Shown: positions 12,780 to 25,285 of the stretch, in pieces
Layout of the letters: the number at the start of each line of letters is the position of its first letter
How positions within the stretch are numbered: the stretch's first letter is position 1
DNA from: Sminthopsis crassicaudata
Taxonomy: Eukaryota
Assembly (NCBI RefSeq): GCF_048593235.1
Contig: NC_133620.1
Location: 75,828,852 to 75,892,851 of the forward strand
Length of the DNA stretch: 64,000 nt
Reading direction: 5' to 3'
Notes under the pieces: model-generated
Told to the model about the DNA's origin: nothing
The model's database searches: none
The model's input: only the letters and a program-made list of their open reading frames with translations
Position numbers and translations under genes: made by a program

Positions 12780-13743
12780 ATGAAATAATATTAAAAATCA
12801 TCTATTACAGAGTAGGTACTTAATAAGTATTTATTCACTTCCAGAATTTTTTTTTTTAAGGGCAATACACAAAATGGACTTGTATTTTTGAGGTAGATAT
12901 GAAGTGCATTTTGATTTTTGCTGGATTCATTCTTCCTTTCAAAATCATTTTTTATCAGAAAAAATCCTGTGGCTTTTATGTCCTTTCATATTCCTTAATT
13001 CAAGTGTAATCATATANNNNNNNNNNNNNNNNNNNNNNNNNNNNNNNNNNNNNNNNNNNNNNNNNNNNNNNNNNNNNNNNNNNNNNNNNNNNNNNNNNNN
13101 NNNNNNNNNNNNNNNNNNNNNNNNNNNNNNNNNNNNNNNNNNNNNNATCATAATCCCATTTCTTTGAACATTCAAATTAAGTTAGTTGTGTCAAAATAGA
13201 AAATAAGTCTAAAATAAGATATTTGATTCACTTAATATTTTTGAAATAATTTTTGAAAGTTTTAAATGATTTGTTTGATAAATCTGTTTAGAGATGAAAT
13301 AATATTAAAAATCATCTATTACAGAGTAAGTACTTAATAAATATTTATTCACTTCCAGAATTTTTTTTTTAAGGGCAATACACAAAATGGACTTGTATTT
13401 TTGAGGTAGATATGAAGTGCATTTTGATTTTTGCTGGATTCATTCTTCCTTTCAAAATCATTTTTCATCAGAAAAAATCCTGTGGCTTTTATGTCCTTTC
13501 TATTCCTTAATACAACTGAAATCATATAAAATATGTAAGCATATACACATTATATATATATATATATATATATAGTATATATTGCATATTGTATTCATCA
13601 TAATCCCATTTCTTTGAACATTCAAATTAAGTTAGTTGTGTCAAAATAGAAAATAAGTCTAAAATAAGATATTTGATTCACTCAATATTTTTGAAAAACT
13701 TTTTGAAAGTTTTAAATGATTTGTTTTATAAATCTGTTTAGAG
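12780..13743. repeat. Tandem duplication of a ~450-bp unit (copy 1 contains an N gap)
   Basis: 12780-13293 versus 13294-13743; about a dozen differences. Confidence 0.9.
13017..13146. other. Assembly gap (130 N)
   Basis: N run. Confidence 1.
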
Positions 13744-13996
13744 ATAAGTAATCTCTAGATTATTTGAGTGAAATATAAGAAGTTCAAGAAATTTGTATAA
13801 ATACATAAAGGAAGGCAGATTTTTATAATTTATCCACAGTTTTAATATTTTTTAATGACTTTCAACATAAATAGAGCAAGTCTTTCTTGGAATTCCACAA
13901 TTATTGTAGGTAGAGCATCTTTCTGTGCTTTTCTAGAAATAATAGATATCATTCAGTTTTCTCACAATTATTTTCTTATAATACTAATACGTAAAA

Positions 13997-14160
13997 GAGC
14001 AGCTAGGTGGTGTAGTAGATAGAGCACCAGCCCTGAAGTCAGGAGGACCTGAATTCAAATTTGATCTCAGATATTTAACACTTCCTAGCTTTCTGATCCC
14101 AGGCAAGTCACTTAACCCCAACTGCCTCAGCAAACAAAACAAAACAAAACAAAACAAAAT
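13997..14160 (+). mobile_element. Marsupial CORE-SINE with (CAAAA)n tail
   Basis: 'gcagctaggtggtgtagtagatagagcacc...aagtcacttaacccc'. Confidence 0.9.
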
Positions 14161-14279
14161 AGTAATCATACATAAACATCATTTGTACATCATAGCATGT
14201 GTACATACATGACTTCTTTATAATGTAGGAAAATAAAGTAAAAATAGAAAACAAAAAAAAATTGATGTATTCACATCAC

Positions 14280-16490
14280 ACAATTCAACAATTTTTCAAA
14301 TATCAGATGTGATATCAGGCATTATCCTTATTACCAATGACCAAGACACCTAATAGAGGATTAAACAATTCTCATTTGGACTACTCAGCTTTATAAAAGT
14401 TTAACAAACAATGAAAATGAATTGATCAATATTTGTAGTAGAAAGCAATGTAGATATCTGGGTCACCAGTGTGAGACTACATGACTTCACCTTGTGATGT
14501 CTAAAAGATTCCTTCACTTCTTGCCTCCCAGAGATTATAAACAATTTAATATAGGTTGTACTTTAAAATTCTTAATATATGCCCAGGACAGATAAAAGCA
14601 GACTTTAAACTTAAATTTGGAAGTATTGTGTATGAAAATAGTGTCTGTGAATACTTTGGTCTTCTGCGAACAATATATATCAAGCATGAAGATATTGAGG
14701 AGAAGGCTAGGGCTAAATAAATCGAAATATTGGCATTGTGAAATCAAACTAAATGGGAATAACATTTTTAAAACAATGAATACCTATAACATCCATCTCA
14801 ATGTATATTTTTGGAATTGTAAAATGGAGCATACAGATTTGGAAAGTATCCTAACAAAAGAAACTTAATTTTTAAAAAAATATTTAAAAAATTTAGTAAA
14901 CCCAGAGTCTATCACCTAAAGTAGCTATAAAAAGAGAAATGCTTCCTTTCCAAAAAAAAAAGGAAGAAAAATGATATGTGTTTGTGTATATATGTAATAT
15001 TATATATATATAATTATTTATATTCTAAATGGAATTAGCATTTATAATAATATAACTATTTCTGCATTTATCATATTAATACATAATTTCTAATATCATA
15101 TATATTTTAGAGCACCTGATAAGTAGGTCCAATAACTATTGAAATACTTCCAGAATAAAAAGAAATTATTTTACCTAAGATGTTGACAACATACATACAC
15201 CATTTGATTTGCTTAATGTGATCAGAAGGTCATAATTTTGTATGGAATCTATGACATAGTTAAGATTCAAGAAAGGAATCAAATAACCTTCCATGAACAG
15301 CATATTCATGAACTTAGCCAACACTAGATCAACAAAAAAGAATGGAACAAATGGTTGAGTCTAGTGGATTTGCTTATGGAAAAGAAAGGTTTATAATTAC
15401 AATTAAGGACCAATCATTACCACCAGAAATTATTAGAAGGACTATCTTTAAGGGACCTAAGCACTCAATGATCAAGGTAAAATATATAAGGAAATGTTTG
15501 AAACTGCAATAAACTACTGTAGGTTGTAGAATGTTAGTATCTTCTGGGTAGTTAACAAGACATGATCTCATGGTTAAAGTTGTTTATTAGTCTTTTTCTC
15601 TCTCATGAAACTGATGATTGACAGATTTCCATATTCTAGATATAAAATATCCTGATGAAGTCAATTAATAAAATTTACTGGAACTGGAGAATTAAAATTT
15701 ACTAAATTGTTGCTCATAATCAACCTCCTAAATTTAATACTAATCCATAAAATCTTAAGAATTACATTGATTCAGGTCAATTCCAATAGACTTGTGATGG
15801 AGAGACTCATCTACATCCTGAGAGAGTGACTGAATGGTGATTGAATCTGGTCCCAATATAGTATTTTCACCGTTTGTTGTTATTATTTATTTGTTTGTTT
15901 TGTTCTTTCTCATTTTTTACCCTTTTGATCTGATTTTTTTCATGCAACACAATAAATTTAGAAATATGTTTAGAAGAATTGCACATGTTTAACAATACTG
16001 AATTACTTGTCTAAATGAGGGGAGAGGTGGAGAGGGAGGGAGAAAAATTTGGAACACAAGAAAGGATGAATGTTGAAAATTTCTTTGCATGTACTTTGAA
16101 AAATGAAAAGCTATTATAAAAAAGAATTAAATTTTTGATGGAAAAACTACATAAAATACTAATATTCTTAAAGCTACACAGAGTAAAAATTCTCAAAAAA
16201 AGAGAAAGACTTAGCAGAGGAAATCAAAACAATATGTAAACTGAATACTTACATATTATAGATATTGTCTAAAATGCTCCTGGAATTGCTCCTTTCAGCA
16301 AGCATACAGAGGCTTTGTTTACTATGTAATGCTTTTATAAAATGCATTATTTTATCCACCTGTGCATTAATTCACAGAACATTTTATATATAAGAAGATA
16401 ATAGTAGTATAGCAAATTGTCTTACCACCATTAAAAGAAATCTGGACTCTGTGGAAAAAAAATGAGAACAAGATAATAATAACAACAATA
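14280..16490 (+). mobile_element. Fossil R4/Dong-clade non-LTR retrotransposon (Mam_R4-like), interrupted by L1
   Basis: Frameshifted motifs in R4 order: LNNS; EYFG...KHEDIEEK; KLNGNNIFKTMNTY..FGIVKWS.TDLE; KWL..DL.....GF..IKDQ..TRNY; GCRML...RHD; YW...AHNQP; DLAEEIK; IILSTC. Confidence 0.8.
15775..16135 (+). mobile_element. L1 3' end inserted in the R4 fossil
   Basis: Typical marsupial L1 3' UTR ending in an A-rich tail. Confidence 0.85.
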
Positions 16491-16491
16491 A

Positions 16492-16631
16492 TTTGCAAAT
16501 TATTTTCTCAACTTGTGCAATAGTACACAGAAGATTCTATCTAAAGAAACCATATCTGGATAACAACTTGTCCCAGGACTTTTTCTTTCTGAACCCTATC
16601 AATGGGAAAAGAAAATGATAATGATAATGCC

Positions 16632-16675
<44 letters not shown>
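16492..16675 (+). mobile_element. Second, 5'-truncated R4/Dong 3' end with (AAT)14 tail
   Basis: 36/45 nt identical to the ORF end at 16346-16390; encodes IIFSTCAIVHRRF; tail at 16632-16673. Confidence 0.65.
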
Positions 16676-16676
<1 letters not shown>

Positions 16677-17599
16677 GATAAAGGATGGAGTGTTGACGGA
16701 GTTAATAATAATAAACTATTTTTGAAGCTTAGGTAATCTTGAAGATATTTAAGAACCCACTCAATATATGAGTAAATTTTATTGCCATTTAAAGTCTAAA
16801 AAAAGTGTTTGGTAATCATATCACATGAAATTTACATTAATACCCAGTGTGCAGGTGATGGAATGGAAAATTCTTTTCATTTGGATCATCCTCACCTTGC
16901 CTCTACATAAAGGGGCTGATTGCTTGCCCTCTGGTCTTATTGCTACTCCCACTGTTTAAGTGTATTGTTTAAGTGTAAAGCCTCTTTCTAGAGCATGTAA
17001 AGCATGTAAAATTGTTCCACACCCTGTGTTTTCTGAATGGTTGTCATAGTATACAAATTCTGACTAATGACTGAAGGAAGAGGGAGGAAGAATACTGCAA
17101 TGCTTTTTCAGTAGGAATTGCTCAAATCAGAAATTGCACGACACAGCAAGTGATTGTCAGCTAGCCAGTCTACACCTAACTTGGGTATGCTGAGGCACGA
17201 GATACAGCCCTGAACTTTAGCTCCACCTAGGCATGTAATAAATCAGTTGATGAATCAGTTAATCAGTGGGTTCCCTTCAGGTTATGTTCCTTACGAGGTT
17301 TTCCTCTCGTTCCATTAGTCCTTTGTTGTTCCGTGTACAGGATGATACAGCTGAGAAAATGTTGGATTTGGAATTATTACATCTAGTTTTCAGTTGATGA
17401 TATATAAAACTATTTGGGATGATTATTTGGGATTATCATGTGAGAGAAGAGTGATCATTCTTGCTCCTTGTATTTGATTATATAAGAAATATTTATTGAT
17501 TACCTATCTACTATTAATCAATCAACCAATCAATAAACATTTGTTATATATTAACTATTGAATTATCAAATGCAAAAATAAAACATTCCCTGCTCTGAT

Positions 17600-17745
17600 A
17601 CTTTCTAGCTGTATGACTCTGGACAACTCATTTAACCTTCTTTGCCTTAGTTCTCATCTGTAAAATTAGCTGGAGAAGGAAATGGCAAATTATTCCAGTA
17701 GCATTGTCAAAACCCCAAATTTGGTCATGAAGAAACACAACATAA
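17600..17745 (+). mobile_element. Mar1-like SINE fragment
   Basis: CORE plus RTE-type tail 'ggagaaggaaatggcaaattattccagt'. Confidence 0.75.
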
Positions 17746-17959
17746 TCTACCAATCATATCTCAACAAGCAAATCTCTAATGGTATTCTTCCAAAGGATTG
17801 TTGATTTGTTTCTTGTAAAAAGTTACCAAACTTATAAATATGACATTAATACTTTATTTCAATTGACTGGATAGGTTCTACACTTTTAAAAATGCTAAGG
17901 CTCTATACCATTGAATTGTATGAAGGATATATTGTATATCTGTGTACGTGTGAATTGAA

Positions 17960-18420
17960 TTCAATTAAGCACCTACTACATGAAAAGTGCTTGTGCTAGG
18001 TAGTAGAACCAATTTCTGAACTTAATGACCTTGCACTCTAGTGGTGGCATTTATGTCAATAGGTATGTAAATACAAAGTAATTTGACTAGGAAGAGCATT
18101 ATTAACAAGTTAAGGAATGAAAGAAGTTTTTACAGGAGTTGGTATTTAAGCTGACTTTTTAAAAGATGGGTATAAAAAATGGAGATGGCAAGGGAATGTA
18201 TTCTGAGTACAGAGTGTACTTGTATGCTTGCACAAATGCATGCAGGCGGGAGATGGTATGCCAAATTTGGTGAACAGCTGCCAGTATAATCTTATTCCAT
18301 GAAAAGAAATAATGGGAAGTAAGACTGAAAGGGTAGATTGTGGAATACCTTAAATGGCAGAATAAGAGTCCTATATTTTTTCTCAGAGTCTTTTTAAGTA
18401 GGAGAGTGGGATAAAGTACT
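17960..18420 (+). mobile_element. L2 fragment
   Basis: 'ttaagcacctactacatg...cttgcactctagtgg' and downstream L2 sequence. Confidence 0.6.
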
Positions 18421-19769
18421 TTTTAACTTTAAAATAGGGATAGAAACATAATTTCTTTCATCTTAAAACTGAATTTATTATCTTCTTTACAAATTAGTAC
18501 TTTTTTCTGTGTTCCATATTTATTAGCTTTATTTTTTGGGGGAGGAGGAATCAGAAACCTTATTGAAATCTATAAATGTTAGATCTATTTAATTTCTTGG
18601 ATCTAATAATACTAACTGACATTTAAATGGGACTTTGGGATTTGGAAAGCCCTATATAACTTTTCTCATTTGATCCTGACAACAATCTTAGGCATTTTTT
18701 TTTTACAGATGTGGAAACAGAGCTTCATAGAATATAAATGATTTGCTCATAGTCAAAAAAAATAATTGCTATGGGAAAATGATTTTAATCCATTTTTGGC
18801 TCCAAGTTCACTCCTCTTTCTACTATACTACACTGACTCTCATTCTGGTAGTTGTCTATGGATTCCCCCCCTTCATGTATTCTCTACAACTTTAGTTCAA
18901 AGTGCAATGGATTTTGATGGTAATTGATCTCACCAGACTTGTTTGCCCTTCACAGTTTAAAAAAAAACAACACAGGATAACTGAAAAAAAACACCTGAAA
19001 TTAATATTTATATCCTCCTTATGGCTAACAACCCAAGAAAGGAAAAACATTGGAGAGTAAAGCATTTAATCAAAAAGCAATGAATAGTAAGTAAATGAGA
19101 TCAATATTAGTTTCACTTTCTATTGAATAGTGACTTTCCATTTCTTTTCTAAATCCCTTTAGATTGCCATGAGTGTATGTAGAAAAAGAAAGTAAAAAGA
19201 TCCAAGACAGAGATTTGAGAAACATTCCCAGTAAGGGGGCATAATATAGTTGATATGTCATAAAAGGAAACCTAGAAGTTGTAAAAGGAGATAGGTAGAA
19301 AGAGAACCAGGAGACAACAATGGTATAAATCCCAAACAGACAGAGGAGAGTTTAATGCCAAATGCAGCAAAGAAGTCAAGAATAATTAGAACTTAGAGAA
19401 GACAATCAGCTTTGGCAATTAAAAAAATCACTTGATTTTTTTTTTTTTTTTAAATCACATTATCTACTATATGTAGATACTATGCTGGATGCTGGTAATA
19501 CAAAGACCTGAGAGAAAAATAGTTCTTTCCATCAAATTATATTGGGGGAAAGAGTAGCAGGAACAACATGAAAGCAAATAAAGAAGCTACAAAAAAAAAA
19601 TTAGTATTTGGGGGGGAACTACCAATTAATTGGAGAGGGGTACTCAGCATCAGTGTTATGTCTCCTTTTTCCTTTCAGATCTATAGAGTTCCAAAACTAT
19701 TGACAGGAACATGGCAGCCAGTAGAAGCCAGTATGAGTCTCTAAGAAAAAGTAATAATAAATTAAACTG

Positions 19770-19912
19770 TTTTTTTTTTTTTTTTTCTTTTTTAGCTGAG
19801 GCAATTGGGGCAATTTGCCCAAGGTCACTAGAACATATTAAGTGTCTGAGATCAGATTTGAACTCATGACTTCAGGTCTGGTGCTCTATCCACTGTGCCA
19901 CCTAATTGTCCC
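19770..19912 (-). mobile_element. Marsupial CORE-SINE with poly(A) tail
   Basis: T-run followed by 'gctgaggcaattgggg...ctctatccactgtgccacctaattgtccc'. Confidence 0.85.
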
Positions 19913-19959
19913 TAATTTCTTCTTTAAAAAAAAAATAGAATTGCTATATAATCAGCAAT

Positions 19960-20720
19960 TCCCAAGAACTCACAGCTGGCCTATTTCCAAAGGTCCCTCT
20001 CATTTTCCCCACATATCTGATCACTTGCTAAGACCAACTTTCAATACCCCCAAAACATTCTCCACAGTTGATCACTTTTCTCTACTCATAGAACCACTAC
20101 CTTCATTCAAACTCTCTTCACTTTCAACCTAGACTATTTCAACAATCTAATTAAGTTGTTGCTTCACTTATCTCATCATTTCTATCTTCCAGGAAGCTGC
20201 TAATGTGACTGTCACTCCCCTACTTGTTAAACTCTAAAATAATAAAATAAATAAAAACACCTCTGTGTTTTACATCTTGACCCTAGTGTATCTTTGCAGC
20301 TTCATTGGATATTGCTCCTCCTGTACTATGTAGTGTAGGCAAAGTGGCCTTCTCTATATTGCTTATGCAGAATATTTCATGTCTATGCCTTTGTAGTGAC
20401 TATCCCATGTGCTTAGAATGTACTTTCTAAACACCTTCCCATAAATTCCTTTTCTTTCTTTAAGACACAGATCTAGCACCAATTTCTATATGAAGTTTTT
20501 CCTGATCTCCAAATATCAGTGTCCTTTCTTCCTAATTACCTTGCACTTATTCTACTTATATTTATTCTCTGTATTTTCATTTCTGAACTTTTGTCTCTAT
20601 TAGAATATAAGCTCTTTGGGAGAAGTGATTCTTTTTTTTTTTTTTTTTTTTGTATCTCCAGTACCTAGAATAGTATCTGACACATAACATGTACTTAATA
20701 AATGCCTGTTGATTGATTAA
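19960..20720 (-). mobile_element. L2 3' fragments
   Basis: Pyrimidine-rich L2 antisense ending 'ttaataaatgcctgttgattgatt'. Confidence 0.65.
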
Positions 20721-22856
20721 TAATTGAAAGTTGGGCCCAGAATTGAAAATGAAAAGAATAGACTGTATTGTTTTCAGATAACTGCAAAACTTCTTGAATA
20801 ATTCCAATTTTTACCAAAAAAACATAAATTCCCTCCCTTTTTCAAATGCTAATGTGAAGATCTAGAATATAATTATCTCCAGAAGCAGAGCACAGACTAA
20901 TGGTGAGCTTTGAAGAACAGTGACAAAAATGTTATTAAGTAAATATAAGAAAATGTAAGTTTTTCTTTCCACTTTAGATTAATGGAATCAAAATATCAAT
21001 CAACTAATAATCCCAGAATATGATCACTTATGTTGACTGAGTGCCAAAGAATTTTCCTAAAACTTCACAACAATGTAATGACACATGGATAACACATGAC
21101 AAAGTTTTAATATGTAAAAAATTGTCTATGTCTATATTTCTTTATCAGATGTAAAAGCCTTGAATCAAGAAAGAAAAAATGTTTGGCTAAGATAATCAAT
21201 GTCACCTTCTCTAGGCTATTTTGAAAAACAATTAATTTTTTAAAAATGAGTACAAGAATTGAAGAATTTCAATCTGGTGATCCTGAAGTGGTGGAGGAAT
21301 CAGGTCTTGAGCAGGAATTACTGTGTGTGTGTATGTGTGTGTGTGTGTGTTTCTCTTTTATTCCCCTTACCACCCAATCCATCATGTCCTTGGAGCTACT
21401 GGACCAGTGGGACATAATGAATATAGTTGAGAACAGAAACACAACTTGAAAGACAAAATATATATACAGATAATCATTTGAAGGATAAAACAGCTTCAAA
21501 GAGTGTGACTTCTGTAAGAAGGGAACAATGATAGCTATATACTTAATAATGGAATACAACATTAGGAGTCCGCTCAGTAGAGAGGCTGTGCCTACAGGGA
21601 GGGAGATATATGCTTATCATATATATATAAAAGAACTTCCAAATCTATCACAACCACCACATGTGAGCTACCCTTTGTCACGTGTATCCTCCAGGGTTGA
21701 TTCACTTGTAAAACACTTTGAAACTTGAGTTCATGCTTCCCATGTGTACTATTATGTCTGTTCGTGGAAGGGTGAGTCCCAGGTTTTTTATAGAAATTTT
21801 TAGTATTTTGCTATATGGCATCTTAATAAAAACTTTTTCTAAAGCTAATTAAGCCTACCATTATGCTTAATTAGAAGCACATTGGTGGGGGCTCATAAAT
21901 TTCAGTAGGAGGAAGAACCACTTAAAGGGATTCTCCTAAAAATCTGGATAGTTACCCCTCTGGGGACCCAACCTGTTAGCATGAGTATAAATTGGGGGAA
22001 TAGTGCCAGAAGGAGGATAAAATAGAAAAGGCTAGTCACATGGCAAAGGCAAGGGATCATAGGTAGATAGCCAAAGTAATGTCATCTTGAGTTCAAATGA
22101 AAGAGAGAAGGCTTCCAGAAGATTATATATACTCTTTGTAGTGAATTTATCCAGGGACATGGATAAGAATCTCAAAAGATGGGCAGGTGTAGATGATTTG
22201 GGATCAGCATTGAAAGAAACTTTCCAATCAATAAGATAGATCCATTTGAATATGAATAAAGAGAAAAAATGGAAGAATGATGGTAGTCTTTTGACGGTGA
22301 TAAGGCAATAGGAAAAAGATGCCTACTTAGGAGAAGTGAATGGGCTAGAAAAAGGATTAACTCAATTTTAACATATTTATTTCAAGTGCCTGCTATTTTT
22401 CTGCCATTTACCCTGTTTTTTTTTCAGAAAAAGGGAAGGTGCTCAAGAGCAGAGATTATCTTTATTTTAGTCTTTTGATCTAAAGCATTATAAACAAATC
22501 AAGATAAATCAAATAAAATTGAATTGACTTAATTACTTGGAAAATGGTGAGGGTTAAAGCTAAAGATGGTTTGGGGAATTCCTATGTAAGTATAATATTT
22601 AATTTAGAAAGGATTCTACAATGTACTTGCTGAACAAAGAGTATGAAATTAAGGAAATGGTCAAGCCTATATGTGGCTAAGAACAGCACAACTATTTCAT
22701 CAAACAACTAGCCCCTAGGAGAGTAGAAAAATTTTTTTGAGTGTAGCATGAGATTTTTTTTTTTTTATGTCATAAAAGGATAGTAGCCCTAATTACAATG
22801 AGAGGTTTCTCCAATCTGTGTTAAATAAAGTCAGAGATACATAGAGGTAATCAAGG

Positions 22857-22862
22857 TTTATT
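22857..22862 (-). terminator. Probable distal polyadenylation signal AATAAA
   Basis: First minus-strand AATAAA found downstream of the stop codon; followed by U/GU-rich sequence. Confidence 0.6.
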
Positions 22863-25042
22863 TCTGAAGCTCATATTAAAATTCTTAAATAATATAAAAA
22901 TAAAGAGACATTTCAAGTGATTTTTTCAAATAAGTTAATTTAAATATACATTTTTTAAAAATTCACAGAAACAGTGGATACATATCATCCCAAAAGTCCC
23001 AACTGCAGCCAGCATTCTGGTATAAAAAAACAAAGTTTAACAATCAAGTTTCTTGAAAAAGGCAATTCTACACATCATGTTGCTAGACATGTTGCTATTT
23101 CTAGTTAAAAAACAAAATAAAACCAAAAAACATAAACCTAAACCAATCCCTTACAAAACCCCTGAGTTTACCCCCCTCTGTGAAAGTTGTACCCTACTTT
23201 CCCAGTTCCCCAAAGATAAATAAGTTTAGTCTTATTTTTATAAACATTAATTCTAGCTGTTGCCAGAATTTATGCTTTGAAAAATGTTAGCACTCAGCAT
23301 TCACAACCACACATTATAGCATTTATCCAAAAAAGGTGCAAATCTTGCTTTTAAGGTGCTTAAATGTTTAGCTAAAATTTTAAAATTTTTAGATATCATT
23401 ATGTTGAAGATACAGTGAGGTCAGCTATTGTTTCTTTCCTTTAGGTAAATATATATTCCAGTCTTAGATACCCTAATAAAGCTGAACCTTTTTTACATAA
23501 TTGATGGTGTTTTCTGAAAACACTTATGCAAATAGAATTAGATTTTCCAATGATTTGCATTATTATTTCAGATAAATTCTCAAAAAAAGAAATTGTGGAC
23601 CAACAAAAATATTAAAGTCACATATAAGAATGCAATTTTCAAATATATTTAAATGCAATTAAAAAAAAATCACACTTTATAATGATTTTTTAAAATACAT
23701 TTTAAAAAAATCATTAATTTTATCAGAAAATTATTTCTAATTAAAACAAACAATAACATTTCATCAGTAAAATACAGTATCTATCTACTAGTAAAATGTG
23801 GACAGAAAAAAGACATTTCATTAGAAGAGCATTCGGGACTTCTTTGAAAATACATTCAGAGTTGGTTACTTTGTATCTTTTTATATAATGCTTTTCCTTT
23901 GATTTACTGGCCTTTTCCCAGTTATCATTGGTACTAGTGTAAAAGATTTTATATAAAGGCAGTTCTTTGCCCTTATACTCACAGTATAGCTAGGACATTT
24001 CATTACTTTAAAAATCTTCTCCCACATGCCCCAGCTCTGATTTTCCCTTCTTCTATTCCTTAGGTCCTAAGCTTAGCTGAGAAGCTGTCCTATTGACTGT
24101 TTCAAAGATAAAAGTATAAAGAAGGAAAAGAAAAAAGGAAAAAAGAGAACAACAACTAGACCAAATAAGACATTGGGAATGTAATATTAGATGAGGAAGA
24201 CACAAAGGAAAATTTACTTTGGCAATATGACAACAAGAGGAAAGTTACACAAGCCCCACACTTGGAAACAGTAGACGTTCAATAAAATGCTTGTTCAATG
24301 GAAATCTGAAGAAAAAAGCAGCAAACATGGTAGATGGTAGGGGCATCAAAAGGTGTCCCTGCTGATATGCAAGTCAAAAAGATATGGAAGTAATTAAGAA
24401 GATATAATGAATTTGTGAATATCAAATATACTCCTGAGGAAGCTGACTTGTAATGTGTACAACTAAATAGAACTAACTATGAGATAATCTGAGAAAACAA
24501 AATAAAAAAAAAAAATTAAGAATAAGTTTCTCAGTTTTCTGCCCAAATCCAGTTTTGTAATTGATAATGCTTGAGAAAGTATTTCAGGACTAGTCTAAAG
24601 CACATGACATTGTGTTGTCTGTTATACACAACAATTTGGAGAAATAATCTCTCTTGTCCTGCTGGTACTTACTCTAAACAAACTATAATAAAATTTCCCC
24701 AAATATTGCTATGTTTTGTTTACTGGTAGTAATATAAAAATTATTCGAATATATATATTTTTTAAAATAAAAGGTGCTATTTTAAAGCAAGTTATTCTTC
24801 CAGTGATTTCACAGCTGATTCTCTTGTTGGCCTTGCCATTTTGATATTTCCAAAGGAAGATTCTACCATGGTTCAAATAGTTTTCCAATCATTAATGGCA
24901 GTTTAATGAAAACAACTTAAAATTTCCTATGCACCTTCAGATCTTGGGATACCTGAGATTTTATATTATGAGGAAATGTAAATTACATTATCCAGGAAAT
25001 TTCCAAGATTTCCAATTCAATTTGGTGGTCTAAAATGGTTTC

Positions 25043-25073
<31 letters not shown>

Positions 25074-25082
25074 TTTAATTTA

Positions 25083-25285
25083 GCATGGTGCAGTAGAAAG
25101 CAAGCTAATTTTAGAGTTACAGGATCTGAATTCAAATCCTGCCTCAGCTATTTAGTGTGTGACTGACCCAAGGCAAGTAATCTAACTTCCCTGGGCGTTA
25201 GTTTCCTCATCTGTAAAATGAGAGTATTGAATCAGATGAGTCCAGAAGTCCCTTAGAGCTCTACATCCTTAATTTCATGATTATG
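25083..25285 (+). mobile_element. MIR/MIR3-like SINE in the PTGS2 3' UTR (antisense to the mRNA)
   Basis: tRNA-like head 'gcatggtgcagtagaaag...gaattcaaatcctgcctcag' plus CORE 'agtttcctcatctgtaaaatg'. Confidence 0.85.

Noticed and set aside
18033-18050. CTCF-like 'cactctagtggtggca'
   Set aside because: Weak core match, explained by the L2 consensus.
17310-19755. Strong + strand acceptor-like sites (ttccgtgtacag ending ~17340; tttttcctttcag ending ~19679) as exons of an antisense gene
   Set aside because: No coding frame or consistent donor chain; the second lies among L2/SINE debris; cannot be supported without RNA data.
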